In this document: in pieces, positions 1 to 10,910 of the stretch
How positions within the stretch are numbered: the first letter of the stretch is position 1
How the letters are laid out: every line of letters begins with the position of its first letter
Source of the DNA: Octopus vulgaris
Taxonomy: Eukaryota
Assembly (NCBI GenBank): GCA_951406725.2
Contig: OX597820.1
Coordinates: 81,840,001 to 81,904,000, forward strand
Length of the DNA: 64,000 bases
Reading direction: 5' to 3'
Program-made: the position numbers and the translations under genes
Notes under the pieces: model-generated
Told to the model about the DNA's origin: nothing
Database searches by the model: none
What the model saw: only the letters and a program-made list of their open reading frames with translations

Positions 1-61
1 CATATGCAACATGTATGCGCACATTGCACATACATACGTACATACCTATGTACATAATACG

Positions 62-95
<34 letters not shown>

Positions 96-249
96 TACAT
101 ACGTAGGTACATACGTAGATGCATACATACATACATACATACATACATACATCAAGCCAGAGTGCCAAGTCTAACTAATCGGTACGAAAGGTGTCGGTTT
201 AAATAGCATTTGCACGCTGCAGTGCATCGCACAGATAACAGCTACTGAA

Positions 250-450
250 CAGTAGAGAGAGTACAGTTCTATATTTAAGAGATGAAGAATTGTATACATT
301 ATTTACATTATTTACATTTGACGGATATTTGCCCTCATCTTGTTTGTTGTTAACACATTTCGGCTGATATACCCTCCAGCCTTCATCAGGTGTCTTGGGG
401 GAAATTTCGAACCTGGGTTCTCATTCCTAAGGTATTTTTCGATCTTGTTG

Positions 451-454
<4 letters not shown>
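250..454 (-). mobile_element. Distal part of the 3' pseudo-LTR/UTR of the Penelope-like element at 1606-3205
   Basis: Lies downstream of the PLE GIY-YIG ORF on the same strand once the R4 insertion in the TAA tract is removed; contains a hammerhead-like motif, as is known for PLE pLTRs. Confidence 0.6.
352..394 (-). ncRNA. Minimal hammerhead ribozyme motif, degenerate (stem III/cleavage site missing)
   Basis: Minus strand reads GACAC-CUGAUGA-A-GGCUG(loop)CAGCC-GAAA-U-GUGUU: core boxes, 5-bp stem II and stem I present, but no stem III/NUH. Confidence 0.6.
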
Positions 455-487
<33 letters not shown>

Positions 488-521
488 CATTATTATTATT
501 ATTATCATTATTATTATTATT
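455..521. repeat. (TTA/TAA)n microsatellite, 3' flank of R4/Dong insertion
   Basis: Seen directly. Confidence 0.95.
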
Positions 522-1468
522 CAGTAGTTTTATTTTTATTTTTTATAGCGTGCTTTCACTTCACTACCGAGCGCAGCTCTGTGTGCCTTGGGTATGTGCT
601 GTGATTTGTTGTGATGCTCTGATGGTTATTGTATGGAAAGTGTTCTTCGTAGGATGTGTGCAGTGCCTAGTAGTGCAATTTTCTGTATGTTATATGTGTT
701 TGTAAGTCCTGGTGTTTGTAAGTCTGAATATTTTTTTATCATGCCTAATGCACCTACTATGATAGGAATTGTTTCTGTTTTCAGATTCCACATTCTAGTT
801 ACCTCTATTTCCAGGTCTTTGTATTTTGAGAGTTTCTCCATTTCTTTTAGAGACACGTTGTCATCTGCCGGTACTGATACATCAATTAGAAAGCATTGTT
901 TTTCTTCATGGTCTCTGACAACTATATCTGGTCTGTTGGCCTTAATTTCTCTATCTGTGTGTATCGGCATATCCCAGAGTATGGTTGCTTTCTCGTTTTC
1001 TGTGACCTTTTCTGGTGTGTGCCTATACCATCTTTTTTCTGTTGTTATTCCATAATGTTGGCATAGCTTCCAATGTATGTAGGTTCCAACTCTGTCATGT
1101 CTGTGAATATATTCCTTCTTAGCCAGGACTGGGCAGCTAGAGATAATGTGATTTATTGTTTCTTGTCCATCTCCACATATTCTGCAGTTACTTGTAATAT
1201 TTCTTTTCATTACATGTTTTTGGTAATTTCTGGTGGGGAGGCTTTGGTCTTGTGCTGCAATTAAAAATCCCTCTGTCTCTGCTTTGAGTCCTGAGCTTCT
1301 CAACCATTGCTGGGATTTTTCTTTGTCTATTTCTTTTGCGTTTAGTTTAGTCCAGTATTTACCATGAAGGGGCTTTTCTTGCCATCGTTTTATCATGGTT
1401 CGTTGCTGTTCTATTTTTAGTTTGGATTTCATTTTTTTTATAGCTTTTGTTGTTTCTTCATCTTCATC

Positions 1469-1469
<1 letters not shown>
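522..1469 (-). mobile_element. 5'-truncated non-LTR retrotransposon with restriction-like endonuclease, R4/Dong-like
   Basis: ORF with CCHC knuckle, RHD and RPD..D..K motifs plus about 100 nt 3' UTR; both junctions lie in (TAA)n, the known Dong target. Confidence 0.85.
626..1432 (-). CDS. C-terminal zinc knuckle + RLE endonuclease portion of R4/Dong-like ORF (no RT core)
   Basis: 268 aa open frame: AAQDQSL, CRICGDGQETINHIISSC, YIHRHDRV, ILWD, NRPDIVV, LIDVSVP, KLSKYKDL, PIIVGALG. Confidence 0.85.
   Translation of the reverse strand: MKSKLKIEQQRTMIKRWQEKPLHGKYWTKLNAKEIDKEKSQQWLRSSGLKAETEGFLIAAQDQSLPTRNYQKHVMKRNITSNCRICGDGQETINHIISSCPVLAKKEYIHRHDRVGTYIHWKLCQHYGITTEKRWYRHTPEKVTENEKATILWDMPIHTDREIKANRPDIVVRDHEEKQCFLIDVSVPADDNVSLKEMEKLSKYKDLEIEVTRMWNLKTETIPIIVGALGMIKKYSDLQTPGLTNTYNIQKIALLGTAHILRRTLSIQ

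Positions 1470-1545
<76 letters not shown>
1470..1545. repeat. (TTA/TAA)n microsatellite, 5' flank of R4/Dong insertion
   Basis: Seen directly. Confidence 0.95.
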
Positions 1546-1549
<4 letters not shown>

Positions 1550-1620
1550 CCACTGCCTGGAATCGAACGCGAAATCTTGGGGTTAGTAACCCGCGCTCTT
1601 AACCACTATGCCATACGCCT
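1546..1620 (-). promoter_or_regulatory. tRNA-derived segment with Pol III A and B boxes at the PLE ORF end
   Basis: Minus strand GGCGTATGGCATAGTGGTTAAGAGCGCGGG...GCGTTCGATTCC: A box TGGCATAGTGG and B box GTTCGATTCC at tRNA-like spacing; acceptor stem imperfect. Confidence 0.65.
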
Positions 1621-3205
1621 GTGGGTAATTATGGAGTGAATTTTTTTAGGGCTTAATACCGGGTCCCATATGCTATTCATATCTGCACTCGGTCTGCTTA
1701 GGAGGGTGCTGTGTCCTAGCATATGAGTTGCTTCTTTTAGTTTTCGTATTTTCCATTGGTGTTCTCTGTCAATTATTTTAACTTCACCCCACAGGGGAAG
1801 GTGGTCCCCATTTTTCCATACATGATCAGCTATACCTGATTTATCAACATCTCCCCGTGTCACAGCTTTGCGATGTTCCTCTACCCTTATTTTGAGGAGG
1901 TGCCATGTTTCGCCTTTGTATAACCTACCACAGCTGCATGGAATGGAGTACACACAGGGTTTGGTCATTTTCTCTTCTATTGGTGGTTTTACTCGAAGGA
2001 GATATTTGCGAAGTGTTGTATTGTTTTTTTTAATAATGTCAAGATGTCATATGGCCCGCATGTCTTTTGCATCTTCTCGGAGAGGCCTTTCACATAGGGT
2101 AGACAGACTGTGGACACTTTATTAGTTTCATCTTCGTTTCTTCATAATTGGAGTGGAGAGTATGCTTTTGGGGTAGTTGTTGCTTAATAGATTGTTACTG
2201 AGCTTGATCATTTCTTCGTGGTGGGTATCACGATCACTACTTATATTGCTTGCTCGATGTCTTAGGCACTGAACAATTCCTTTCTTTACACTGTATGGAT
2301 GGTGGGAATTGAAGTTGAGGTATCGTCCAGTGAAGGTCGGCTTGCGGTATACGGATGTCCTGAATCCATACTTGGTGCCTGTTATTAATATGTCCAGGAA
2401 TGCTAGCTGATTGTCGTTTTCCTTTTCCATTGTGAACTGTATGGATGGCTTTATTGAGATCACATGATCTAACAGCACTTGGACATCTTCCTGGTGGGGC
2501 CAGAGTATTAAGGTGTCATTTGGTATTAGTGGTGTTGATCCTAAAGCCAAATTCTCAAAGTATTCCATGTATATATAGGCTATTATCGGTGATAATGGCG
2601 AACCCATAGCTAAACACTCTTCTTGTCGATATATATCAGCGTCCATGCTGAAGTAGGTAGTTTCTACACAGAAGGTCAACATTTCCATCAAGTTTTTTCA
2701 TTGATATACTAGAGCGTTCTTTTAGATGGGTGTGTGTCGCTAGTTTTTCGTGAATCACCGATAGTGCTTCACCAGTTGGGACTTTAGTGAACAGATCTAT
2801 CACATCTAGACTCACCATCTGGTTGGATTCAATGGAGGTATTCTTGATCAATTTTGTGAAGTGGGTGGAATTCTTCATGTACGATGTTGACTTTCCTGCT
2901 AATGGACTGATTATATCCACAAGGAAGCGGCTCGGTGGTTGACATGCTGAACCTCTACAGCTCATTATAGGTCTTAATGGAATACCATCCTTGTGAATCT
3001 TAGGGAGACCGTACATGTGTGGTAGTTTACTGTAGTGTTGAGTCAGTTGTCTGTACTTCATTGGTGTAAAGTAATCCTTGTTTTTGATCAAGATCTGCGA
3101 CAACTTCTCTGTTTTCAGAGTTGGATCTTTCTTTACTTTGCTGTAGCTACCATCACTTATAAGACTTGCCAATTTTTCAGAGTAGTCAGACTTGTTCATC
3201 ACCAC
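1606..3205 (-). mobile_element. Penelope/Poseidon-like element, RT + C-terminal GIY-YIG endonuclease, frameshifted and 5'-truncated
   Basis: Three consecutive ORFs: YGLPKIHKDGIPLRPI and SLDVIDLFTKVP; LAMGSPLSP, LAFLD and VYRKPTFTGRYL; CVYSIPCSCGRLYKGET..RVEEH. Catalytic YxDD region is deleted. Confidence 0.92.
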
Positions 3206-3690
3206 TGTAGAGAGAGGAATGAGTAAATTACATATGTACTAGCAGTAAAAATAATAACATATTGGGTGTTGGTGAGGAATAAACGTTTACAGCTGTTACA
3301 CATTAAATTTGGGAGAGATACACTCATCATACCAGCATGTACTTCTCGAGTACATGTCTGACAAGTTAGATGGAACCAACAACATTTGATTGGAGGAGTG
3401 TATTTGTGGTAAATGCTTCACACCTTTCTGAGAAAGGATACCCATGCGCTGCTCAGAAACAGGAGATGGCCAGTAATTACTTGATCAATAAGCGAGATAC
3501 GGATTCCTCTAAACATATTTTGTGATATAGAATGTCAATTGTGCCACATCAGTGTTGAATATATCACTTGCATCACCTACAATTACTTCAAAATATCCGC
3601 AAGGTACTACCTTACTATAGGATATAGTTTTCAAAACTGCTTCCAGTATTATCCGTTGAAAGAAGGTGGCGAGCTGGCAGAATAATTAGT

Positions 3691-3821
3691 ACTAGCAGTA
3701 TAACACGGCTTTGTCAGGGATTAAGTTAGGATTATTAAGCTAATCAAGTTCTTTATTTCAAACCAAACTAACATCGACGCCAAATTTGGGCGAAATCCGT
3801 TGAAATTGGTTTATACATACA

Positions 3822-3857
<36 letters not shown>

Positions 3858-3961
3858 TATATGGGCAACACACACACACATACACAAACGTACGTACGTG
3901 CACCTATTGCATACATGCTTTTTGTACGCATACATGTTCGTGTGTGTGTGTGTTTGTGTGT

Positions 3962-4006
<45 letters not shown>

Positions 4007-4018
4007 GTCCATATATCA
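3691..4018 (-). mobile_element. Possible non-autonomous Helitron-like element with internal microsatellites
   Basis: Minus strand ends in an imperfect GC hairpin followed by CTGCTAG|T; internal (ACAT)n/(GT)n; 5' end not clear. Confidence 0.3.
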
Positions 4019-4179
4019 ACAAAACACTTTTTTCGTCGAAGGAAAAACTACAAAAGTCTCAAAAACTTACTCGTCGCTAGAAGGGGACTTAACTCCTGTT
4101 TGCAAACAATGGTGATTTCTCCGACTTGAAAATTGTTAAAACTTCGGTCTCTGTTTATGAAACCGGGTTTAAATCGTCT

Positions 4180-4852
4180 CTGCTTATGCGGATGGTGTCC
4201 TCGAAAGGAACGGCTGAGGTGGTATAGGTGTTTATTGCATGTCATCACCTACCGCCTAACCGTTGTCCCTTGCCTCGATTTGTGGCTAAAGAAGTTGGAG
4301 CGCCCCCTTTTCCGCATTTTGTGGAAGAGAGAAAACCACTTGTAAGGCGCTCCGTTTGCTGCCAGGAACCACTAAAGGGTGGGTTAGGGATGCCCTGGCT
4401 AATAATGTGCAGAGATGCGTTGAGGCTGAGGCATCTCTGGCGTTACCTGGAGGGTGATAAGGTGTGGAATCCGCTGGCTGAGGAATTCTTTCCGCGACCA
4501 TCCTCTTTGGAACGATTTAAACCCCGTTTCATTAAAAGACGTAATCAGACTGAATGGCAAAAGGAGTGTCGACAAGCACTTGTACTTATCCACAAGATGA
4601 GCAAGGCCGGCAGCAGGAATACCACCTCTGTATTCTATAGAAGGCTGGTAGAGCACAAAAACCATGACGCCTTAGGAGGGGCTCCGGGGTTCGATGAGAA
4701 CCAACTTACCAACCTATTCAAGAAAACTTTCGGGCCAGGGTATTTGGATAATTACCAAAAATCCCTGACCTGAAAGTGCTTCAGGAACGCTTTACCTGTT
4801 CGCGATAATTTATCCAGGCACGGAATATTAGTTCCAACGACATGTCCAAGAT

Positions 4853-4853
<1 letters not shown>
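4180..4853 (+). mobile_element. L1/Tx1-clade LINE fragment (post-RT region and start of zf-RVT), frameshifted
   Basis: YRLTVVPC..LERPLFRILWK, PLVRRSVCCQEPLKGGLGMP..LRLRHLWRYL, then LPVRDNLSRHG..TCPR; ends at a (GATA)n tract. Confidence 0.75.
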
Positions 4854-4926
<73 letters not shown>

Positions 4927-4939
4927 CATAAAGATGGAT

Positions 4940-5118
4940 AGGTTTCAAATTTTAACACAAGGCCAGCAATTTTAGGGAGAGGTTAAGTCGATTACATCGA
5001 CACCAGTATTACACTGGTACACCAAAAGAATGGAAAACAAAGTTGAACCCGCAGCACCTGCACTCCAAACGTAAAGTCGGAACAAATGCCGATAAACATT
5101 CTAGAAGTTCGCTGCCTT
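4940..5118 (-). mobile_element. Degenerate SINE family A copy
   Basis: Shares GGTTTCAAATTT..CACAAGGCCAGCAA..GTCGATTACATCGAC with other family A copies. Confidence 0.6.
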
Positions 5119-5226
5119 AAGTAGATCGATCGATCGATAGACAGACAGACAGACAGACATACAGACAGACAGACAGACAGACAGATAGATAGATAGATAG
5201 ATAGATAGATAAATATATATATATAT

Positions 5227-5300
<74 letters not shown>

Positions 5301-5841
5301 TTTCGATCTGGTCATTGAAGTAATCTGCATTATATGGCTACATGTGGTTTATCACTAGCTTACATTGTGACAGATACCGCGGCTGTCTTCTCAAATTTTC
5401 TCTGGGGAGTCGAGGGTTGAACATTTGTCCTCTTAGTAAGAAGATAATAATCAAGTGCGCGCGCACGCGTGTGCGTTTGCTTATCGCTGCTTTTGACGAT
5501 GACTATTTAGTTGTTCGGTTAACTGACTTCTTAGGCGCATAATTAATTTGTAAGCAGATGAGTGTTCTGTTGACACGTGGATATGTAATGCAATTCTCAG
5601 CTAGAATGAGTGTTTTAAGACTGGTACAATTTAGGGGTAGATGAATAGCAGAGGTGAACTTGTGGTATTTGAAACCCTAGCGCAAAGAATTGAAACGAAT
5701 ACCGCAAAGCGTTCAATCCGACGCTCCAAAGATTCTACCTATTGACCAGCATGCCCTGTGGTATATATATATACATGCATGCATGTATGTATGTATGTAT
5801 GTATGTATGTATGTATGTATGTATGTATGTATGTATGTATG

Positions 5842-5921
<80 letters not shown>

Positions 5922-5958
5922 AATATATACACATATATATACATGTATATATACACAC

Positions 5959-6007
<49 letters not shown>

Positions 6008-6013
<6 letters not shown>

Positions 6014-7900
6014 ATAACAACAATCAGATAAGAAACCTTTACCATTCTTTATAGATATATATTTATATCCTTTATTAAATATAAAATGTAATATACTAAA
6101 ATTACCTTCTTCTACACATTTAAGATTTAAGTTTATATATAGCATTGGAAAATGCTACACACACATATTCATAACCTTCTTGCATTTATCCAGAAATTCC
6201 TTAGTTGATCTAATACTCCAAAAATAATTCATTCCCAAACTGTTATAAATTTTAGCACAATATTTTTTAGAATATGTTCTAACTACTGGTTACATCAGTA
6301 ACCAATACAGATAGCTGTTTATTTGTACAAATACTAGCCCCTGCTATGAATCTACATTTAAAAGGAAATTTATACAGTTCAGGAATCCAAAAAAAAGTTT
6401 GAGAATATTTTTATCCTTTTTTTTTGCACTTCTAAACCACTCAATCGTTCTACTGCGAGTGTAAGTCTATTATTAACTATCTCATAAACGTTTTCCTGTA
6501 TAACTTTGTATATAGAATTTAACTTTATATTTGAGACTTAATTTAACTATAAAATTATTAATGGCTTTTACTATAACTTTCTTTAAATTATATTTACTAA
6601 TTTTACCCTATTCTCTATATTTTGTCCCTTTGCTCATATAATTCATTTTTAATAATATCTAACTTTCCTGTATAAACATGTCCTATTTCTTTATAACAAA
6701 CTTCCGAATTATTAGATTTACAATCTCCAAGATATATTTCTTTAAAACTTTCGAGACTAAGCTACTACTTATCTTCTAACCAAGCTTATAACAACTTTTG
6801 ACATTTATATGCCTAACATTTTCCGGCAAAAGGTTTCTGTTTTTTTTTCTTTAAATTTTTAATTACATTACCTGAATTAACATCATCAATGCAGTTACTA
6901 ACGTGTCGTATCTTTAACATTATTGGCTTTCACTTTATCTGTTTTCGTTAACCGATTACAAAAACTATCCACTAAATAACTAACTTCAGATAGCTCTCTA
7001 TGGCGTGTATCCATTATTTCTTTAAGTTCTCTTAGTGGAAGCACTCCGTCAGTTACGACGACGTGGGTTCCCGTTGATCCGAATCAACGAAACAGCCTGC
7101 TCGTGAAATTAACGTGTAAGTGGCTGAGCACTCCACAGACACGTGTACCCTTAACGTAGTTCTCGGGGATATTCAGCGTGACACAGAGAGTGACAAGGCC
7201 GGCCCTTTGAAATACAGGTACAACAGAAACAGGAAGTAAGAGTGAGAGAAAGTTGTGGTGAAAGAGTACAGCAGGGATCACCACCATCCCCTGCCGGAGC
7301 CTCGTGGAGGTGTTTGCGCTCAATAAACACTCACAACGCCCGATCTGGGAATCGAAACCGCAATCCTATGACCGCGAGTCTGTTGCCCTAACCACTGGGC
7401 CATTGCGCCTCTTAACATTACCTAACAACCATAATAGTCTTTGTTTATGTATAACTCATTAAGTTTAGCCCAAACCAATGAAACATCCTTTCTATTCTTA
7501 ATTCTACATCCTATGGCTACGTCCCCTTCTAACCACTAGTTGTGAGAAATATATTCTTCCTGCATCATTATTACTAGATATGTTCCCTACACCTAAAATT
7601 TTATCATTAAGGCCTAGAGGGTATATGCTACATAACACCTTAGTCCAAAACCATTCTTCTTCTAAAAGTTTCTGTCTAACATTATCCACACTGCTATTTA
7701 TTTGACCAATTATTTGAATTTTACAGTTTCTAAACCCTAAGCTATGCCCTCTGAAGTGTTCGCAGATTTTAAGTTTACTACCTAATTTAAATGCTTCTCT
7801 ATGACCATCGAGACGTTGATATAATTACTAAGTAGTTTGCTCTACATACTGTACACCACATTCTTCACACTTAATTAAATAAATTACATTGCTAGATTTA
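6008..7900 (-). mobile_element. Permuted PLE (N-terminal GIY-YIG, then RT), Naiad-like, pseudogenised and interrupted by a SINE
   Basis: Order on minus strand: [25 protein letters not shown] (~7890-7800), E..W...L.SIYPLGLND, linker GHVYTGKLDII..KGTKYRE (~6690-6610), RT FWIPELYKFPFKCRFIAGASICTNKQLS and NYFWSIRST; many stops. Confidence 0.8.
7033..7411 (-). mobile_element. tRNA-derived SINE (family C)
   Basis: Minus head GAGGCGCAATGGCCCAGTGGTTAGGG..GTTTCGATTCC with A/B boxes; GC-richer about 380 bp block inside the AT-rich PLE. Confidence 0.85.
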
Positions 7901-7984
7901 CAACATAACTGTAAATTATTATTACTAAAAAACTTCCTACCTGTAATCTTACTGCTAAAAACTTTCTCTCTCTCTTTCTCTCCC

Positions 7985-8046
<62 letters not shown>

Positions 8047-8054
<8 letters not shown>

Positions 8055-8212
8055 CTTACATACACACACATATATACACAGATATACATATAAATGTGCA
8101 TATGTACACGAGTATATATATATGTATATATATATACATATATATATACTCGTGTACATATGCACATTTATATGTATATCTGTGTATATATGTGTGTGTA
8201 TGTAAGTATATA

Positions 8213-8214
<2 letters not shown>
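8047..8214. repeat. Perfect loopless 168-bp palindrome embedded in (TA)n
   Basis: Self-complementary about 8130/8131; the same peptide appears on both strands in the ORF track. Confidence 0.9.
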
Positions 8215-8271
<57 letters not shown>

Positions 8272-8459
8272 GCATGAATGTATACATATTGTCTATTGCG
8301 GTAGCTCTTATGTCTCCAACTGTTATCCGTGCGGCCATCACCTTGAAAATCCGTGCCTTAAAATGACAACTTGTCAAGCCTGTCACAAAATTGCAGGTGA
8401 CTGAATATCTAGTTACCACAGCAGCTACTTGTGTGTATGTATGTATGTATGTATGTATG

Positions 8460-8493
<34 letters not shown>

Positions 8494-8729
8494 TGTATGT
8501 ATGTATGTATGTATGTATGCATGTATGTATGTATGCATGTATGTATGTGTGTGTGTATTATATGTATGTCTGTATGTATCTACAGATTTATTTATGTACG
8601 CTTAAAATATATTGCACGCACCACACACACACACATACACACACATATATAATCATATGATCATATGATCATATAATCATATGTATGATCTATGCATATA
8701 TACATCATACATACATACACATATATATA

Positions 8730-9640
8730 TTAATAGTAGTAGAAGTATTAAAGGTGATTGTGCAATGAACAGTGTCTGTCCGCTTAACTCAAACTGTAGG
8801 TATAAAAATATCGTATACAGATGTAAGGTTACCTCAGATAATTGGGAATACTTCTATATAGCAACTAGCTCATGTCATATTAAGCAGAGAATTACCAGTC
8901 ATTTACGTTCGTTTAGTAGCAAAATGAATACTACTAGCCTTAGTACACTGATTTGGGCAGTAATAGATAGCAACAAAGTATTTTCGATTATTTGGGAAAT
9001 AATTTGTACGGCAAAACCTTATAGAATAGGCGATAATAGATGTGATTTTTGTGTGGAAGAAATGTACCAAATTTTCACTTCTAAAATTACTCTTATAAAC
9101 ACTAGACAGGAACAGGTTATGAGTTGTCCATACTGGGCAAAATATACGTTTAAACGATTTAAATAAACATAACTTACCATCTATAGTAATTATCTTCGTT
9201 AAAATAATGATTGTGATAATTAATGATATTTGTACAAATAATACTAATGAATATAATTATAATAGTAATAACAATAATATTAATTGAAAATATAAATCTA
9301 AAATAAGTGAAATACTCCTGAATAAATAATGTACTCCATATAGTAAAATGTAAACAAAACAGTTACAATTAATTGTAATATAAATACACATTCTAAAACC
9401 ACAGTTCAACTGTAATACCAGCAGAGGTGATTATAAGGTCAGAATTCAATCCAATTTAAAGCGTAACGCTGTCACTTTCAACTGAATACCAACGCAGAAA
9501 GCTTGTTTGAATAATTTCACTTTGAAAAAATCGTAAATGATGGACCCTTGATGAAATTGCAGTAAATGGGATGCATAATTGCATAAGAGCAATGTGCAGT
9601 GGCTGCAGTAAAATCACGCTAGTTTTGTTATCGTTATATA
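8730..9640 (+). mobile_element. PLE 3' fragment: GIY-YIG endonuclease (Hydra-like) plus 3' UTR with a decayed HHR
   Basis: ORF 8681-9166: CPLNSNC..NIVYRCKV..YIATSS..KQRITSH..LSTLIW..WEII..CDFCVEE..LINTRQE..SC; TTGATGA-stem II-AAAA motif at 9548-9613. Confidence 0.8.
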
Positions 9641-9711
9641 TGCTACAGAAAATTTTTTAATAAAAATGTTTTGGATGTGAATAAATCTCCACTCTCCTCT
9701 TGGTTTTCAAT

Positions 9712-9765
<54 letters not shown>

Positions 9766-10347
9766 CATACATGCACACTCACACAAACTTACACACACGC
9801 ACTTACACGTACACAAACATACACACACATATAGCTATCTCTGCACCATGCATTGCGTAAAGGAAAGCTAACTGAACTACGTATTCGTCCGGTGATATCT
9901 CCTATGGACATACTGCATTTAAAAACACATATTTATTGCCAACAGGCTAAAATCATCGAGATAAAAATGGTAGATTCGTATTTCTGCGTCATTGAACTTC
10001 GTAGGTAACATGTACCCATTGCCAGCATAATGCTAAGAGAAAATCCATCGTCACTGGTATAGAGAAACAGTGACTGAAAAAAGTCACCGGTGTTACAATT
10101 AGACGCTCAACTACGTAAAACTCTACTATGTGCGACAGGATCAGAATTAGATAAAAAATAAAATCACCATCTGTGTACCATACTTAATATAAATACACCG
10201 AAAAAGACAAATTAACTGCAGTTTCCGTCGTTCAATATTTTATTTCAAAATGTTTGACTGTTATATCTTTCTACTGGTTGTCTGTTTTTGGAGTCATCAT
10301 GTCATTTTGCAGAGCGACACCTCTTTATGCTACACACACGCACACAT

Positions 10348-10425
<78 letters not shown>

Positions 10426-10819
10426 ACACATACACACACACACGTACACACACCACGCAACACAACAAACACACACACTTACACACAACACACAGACACA
10501 TACCACACACACACAATCACTCTCTCTTCCTTCTCCATCTATCTCTCGCTCCCTTCTCTAACTGTCTCTCTCTCTCTCTCACACGCGCACATACACACTC
10601 ACTCACGCACTAACACGCGAATACACATTCACACATCATTAGGATTTTTAATTTTGGAATTTATTCTGGTTTACGCTGTGTTCAAAAGCACAAATATGTA
10701 TATTATATGTCCACTAATGTGCTATCTTTATGCAGCTGCTATTGTTTGGGAACGTAACCGGTTAGCTATTCTGTGAGGAGACCTCAAACTATATATTTAT
10801 ATCGTGGAATCGAATGAAA

Positions 10820-10910
10820 AAGGCGTCATTCCTCTTGATTTTCTAGAATGTGACTGCATCGTGAACAGCAAGTGGTATATTAAGACACTAAAAGAACTTA
10901 GAGAAGCCAA
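10820..10910 (+). mobile_element. Short mariner transposase fragment
   Basis: GVIPLDFLECDCIVNSKWYIKTLKELREA resembles the mariner DDD domain segment. Confidence 0.5.

Noticed and set aside
1546-1620. Functional tRNA gene
   Set aside because: Acceptor and T stems are imperfect and there is no oligo-T terminator; treated as a tRNA-derived promoter segment
3195-3230. Splice-acceptor-like CTCTCTCTACAG at the PLE 5' junction
   Set aside because: ACAG fits the expected TVVMNK codons of the PLE; more likely just the truncation junction
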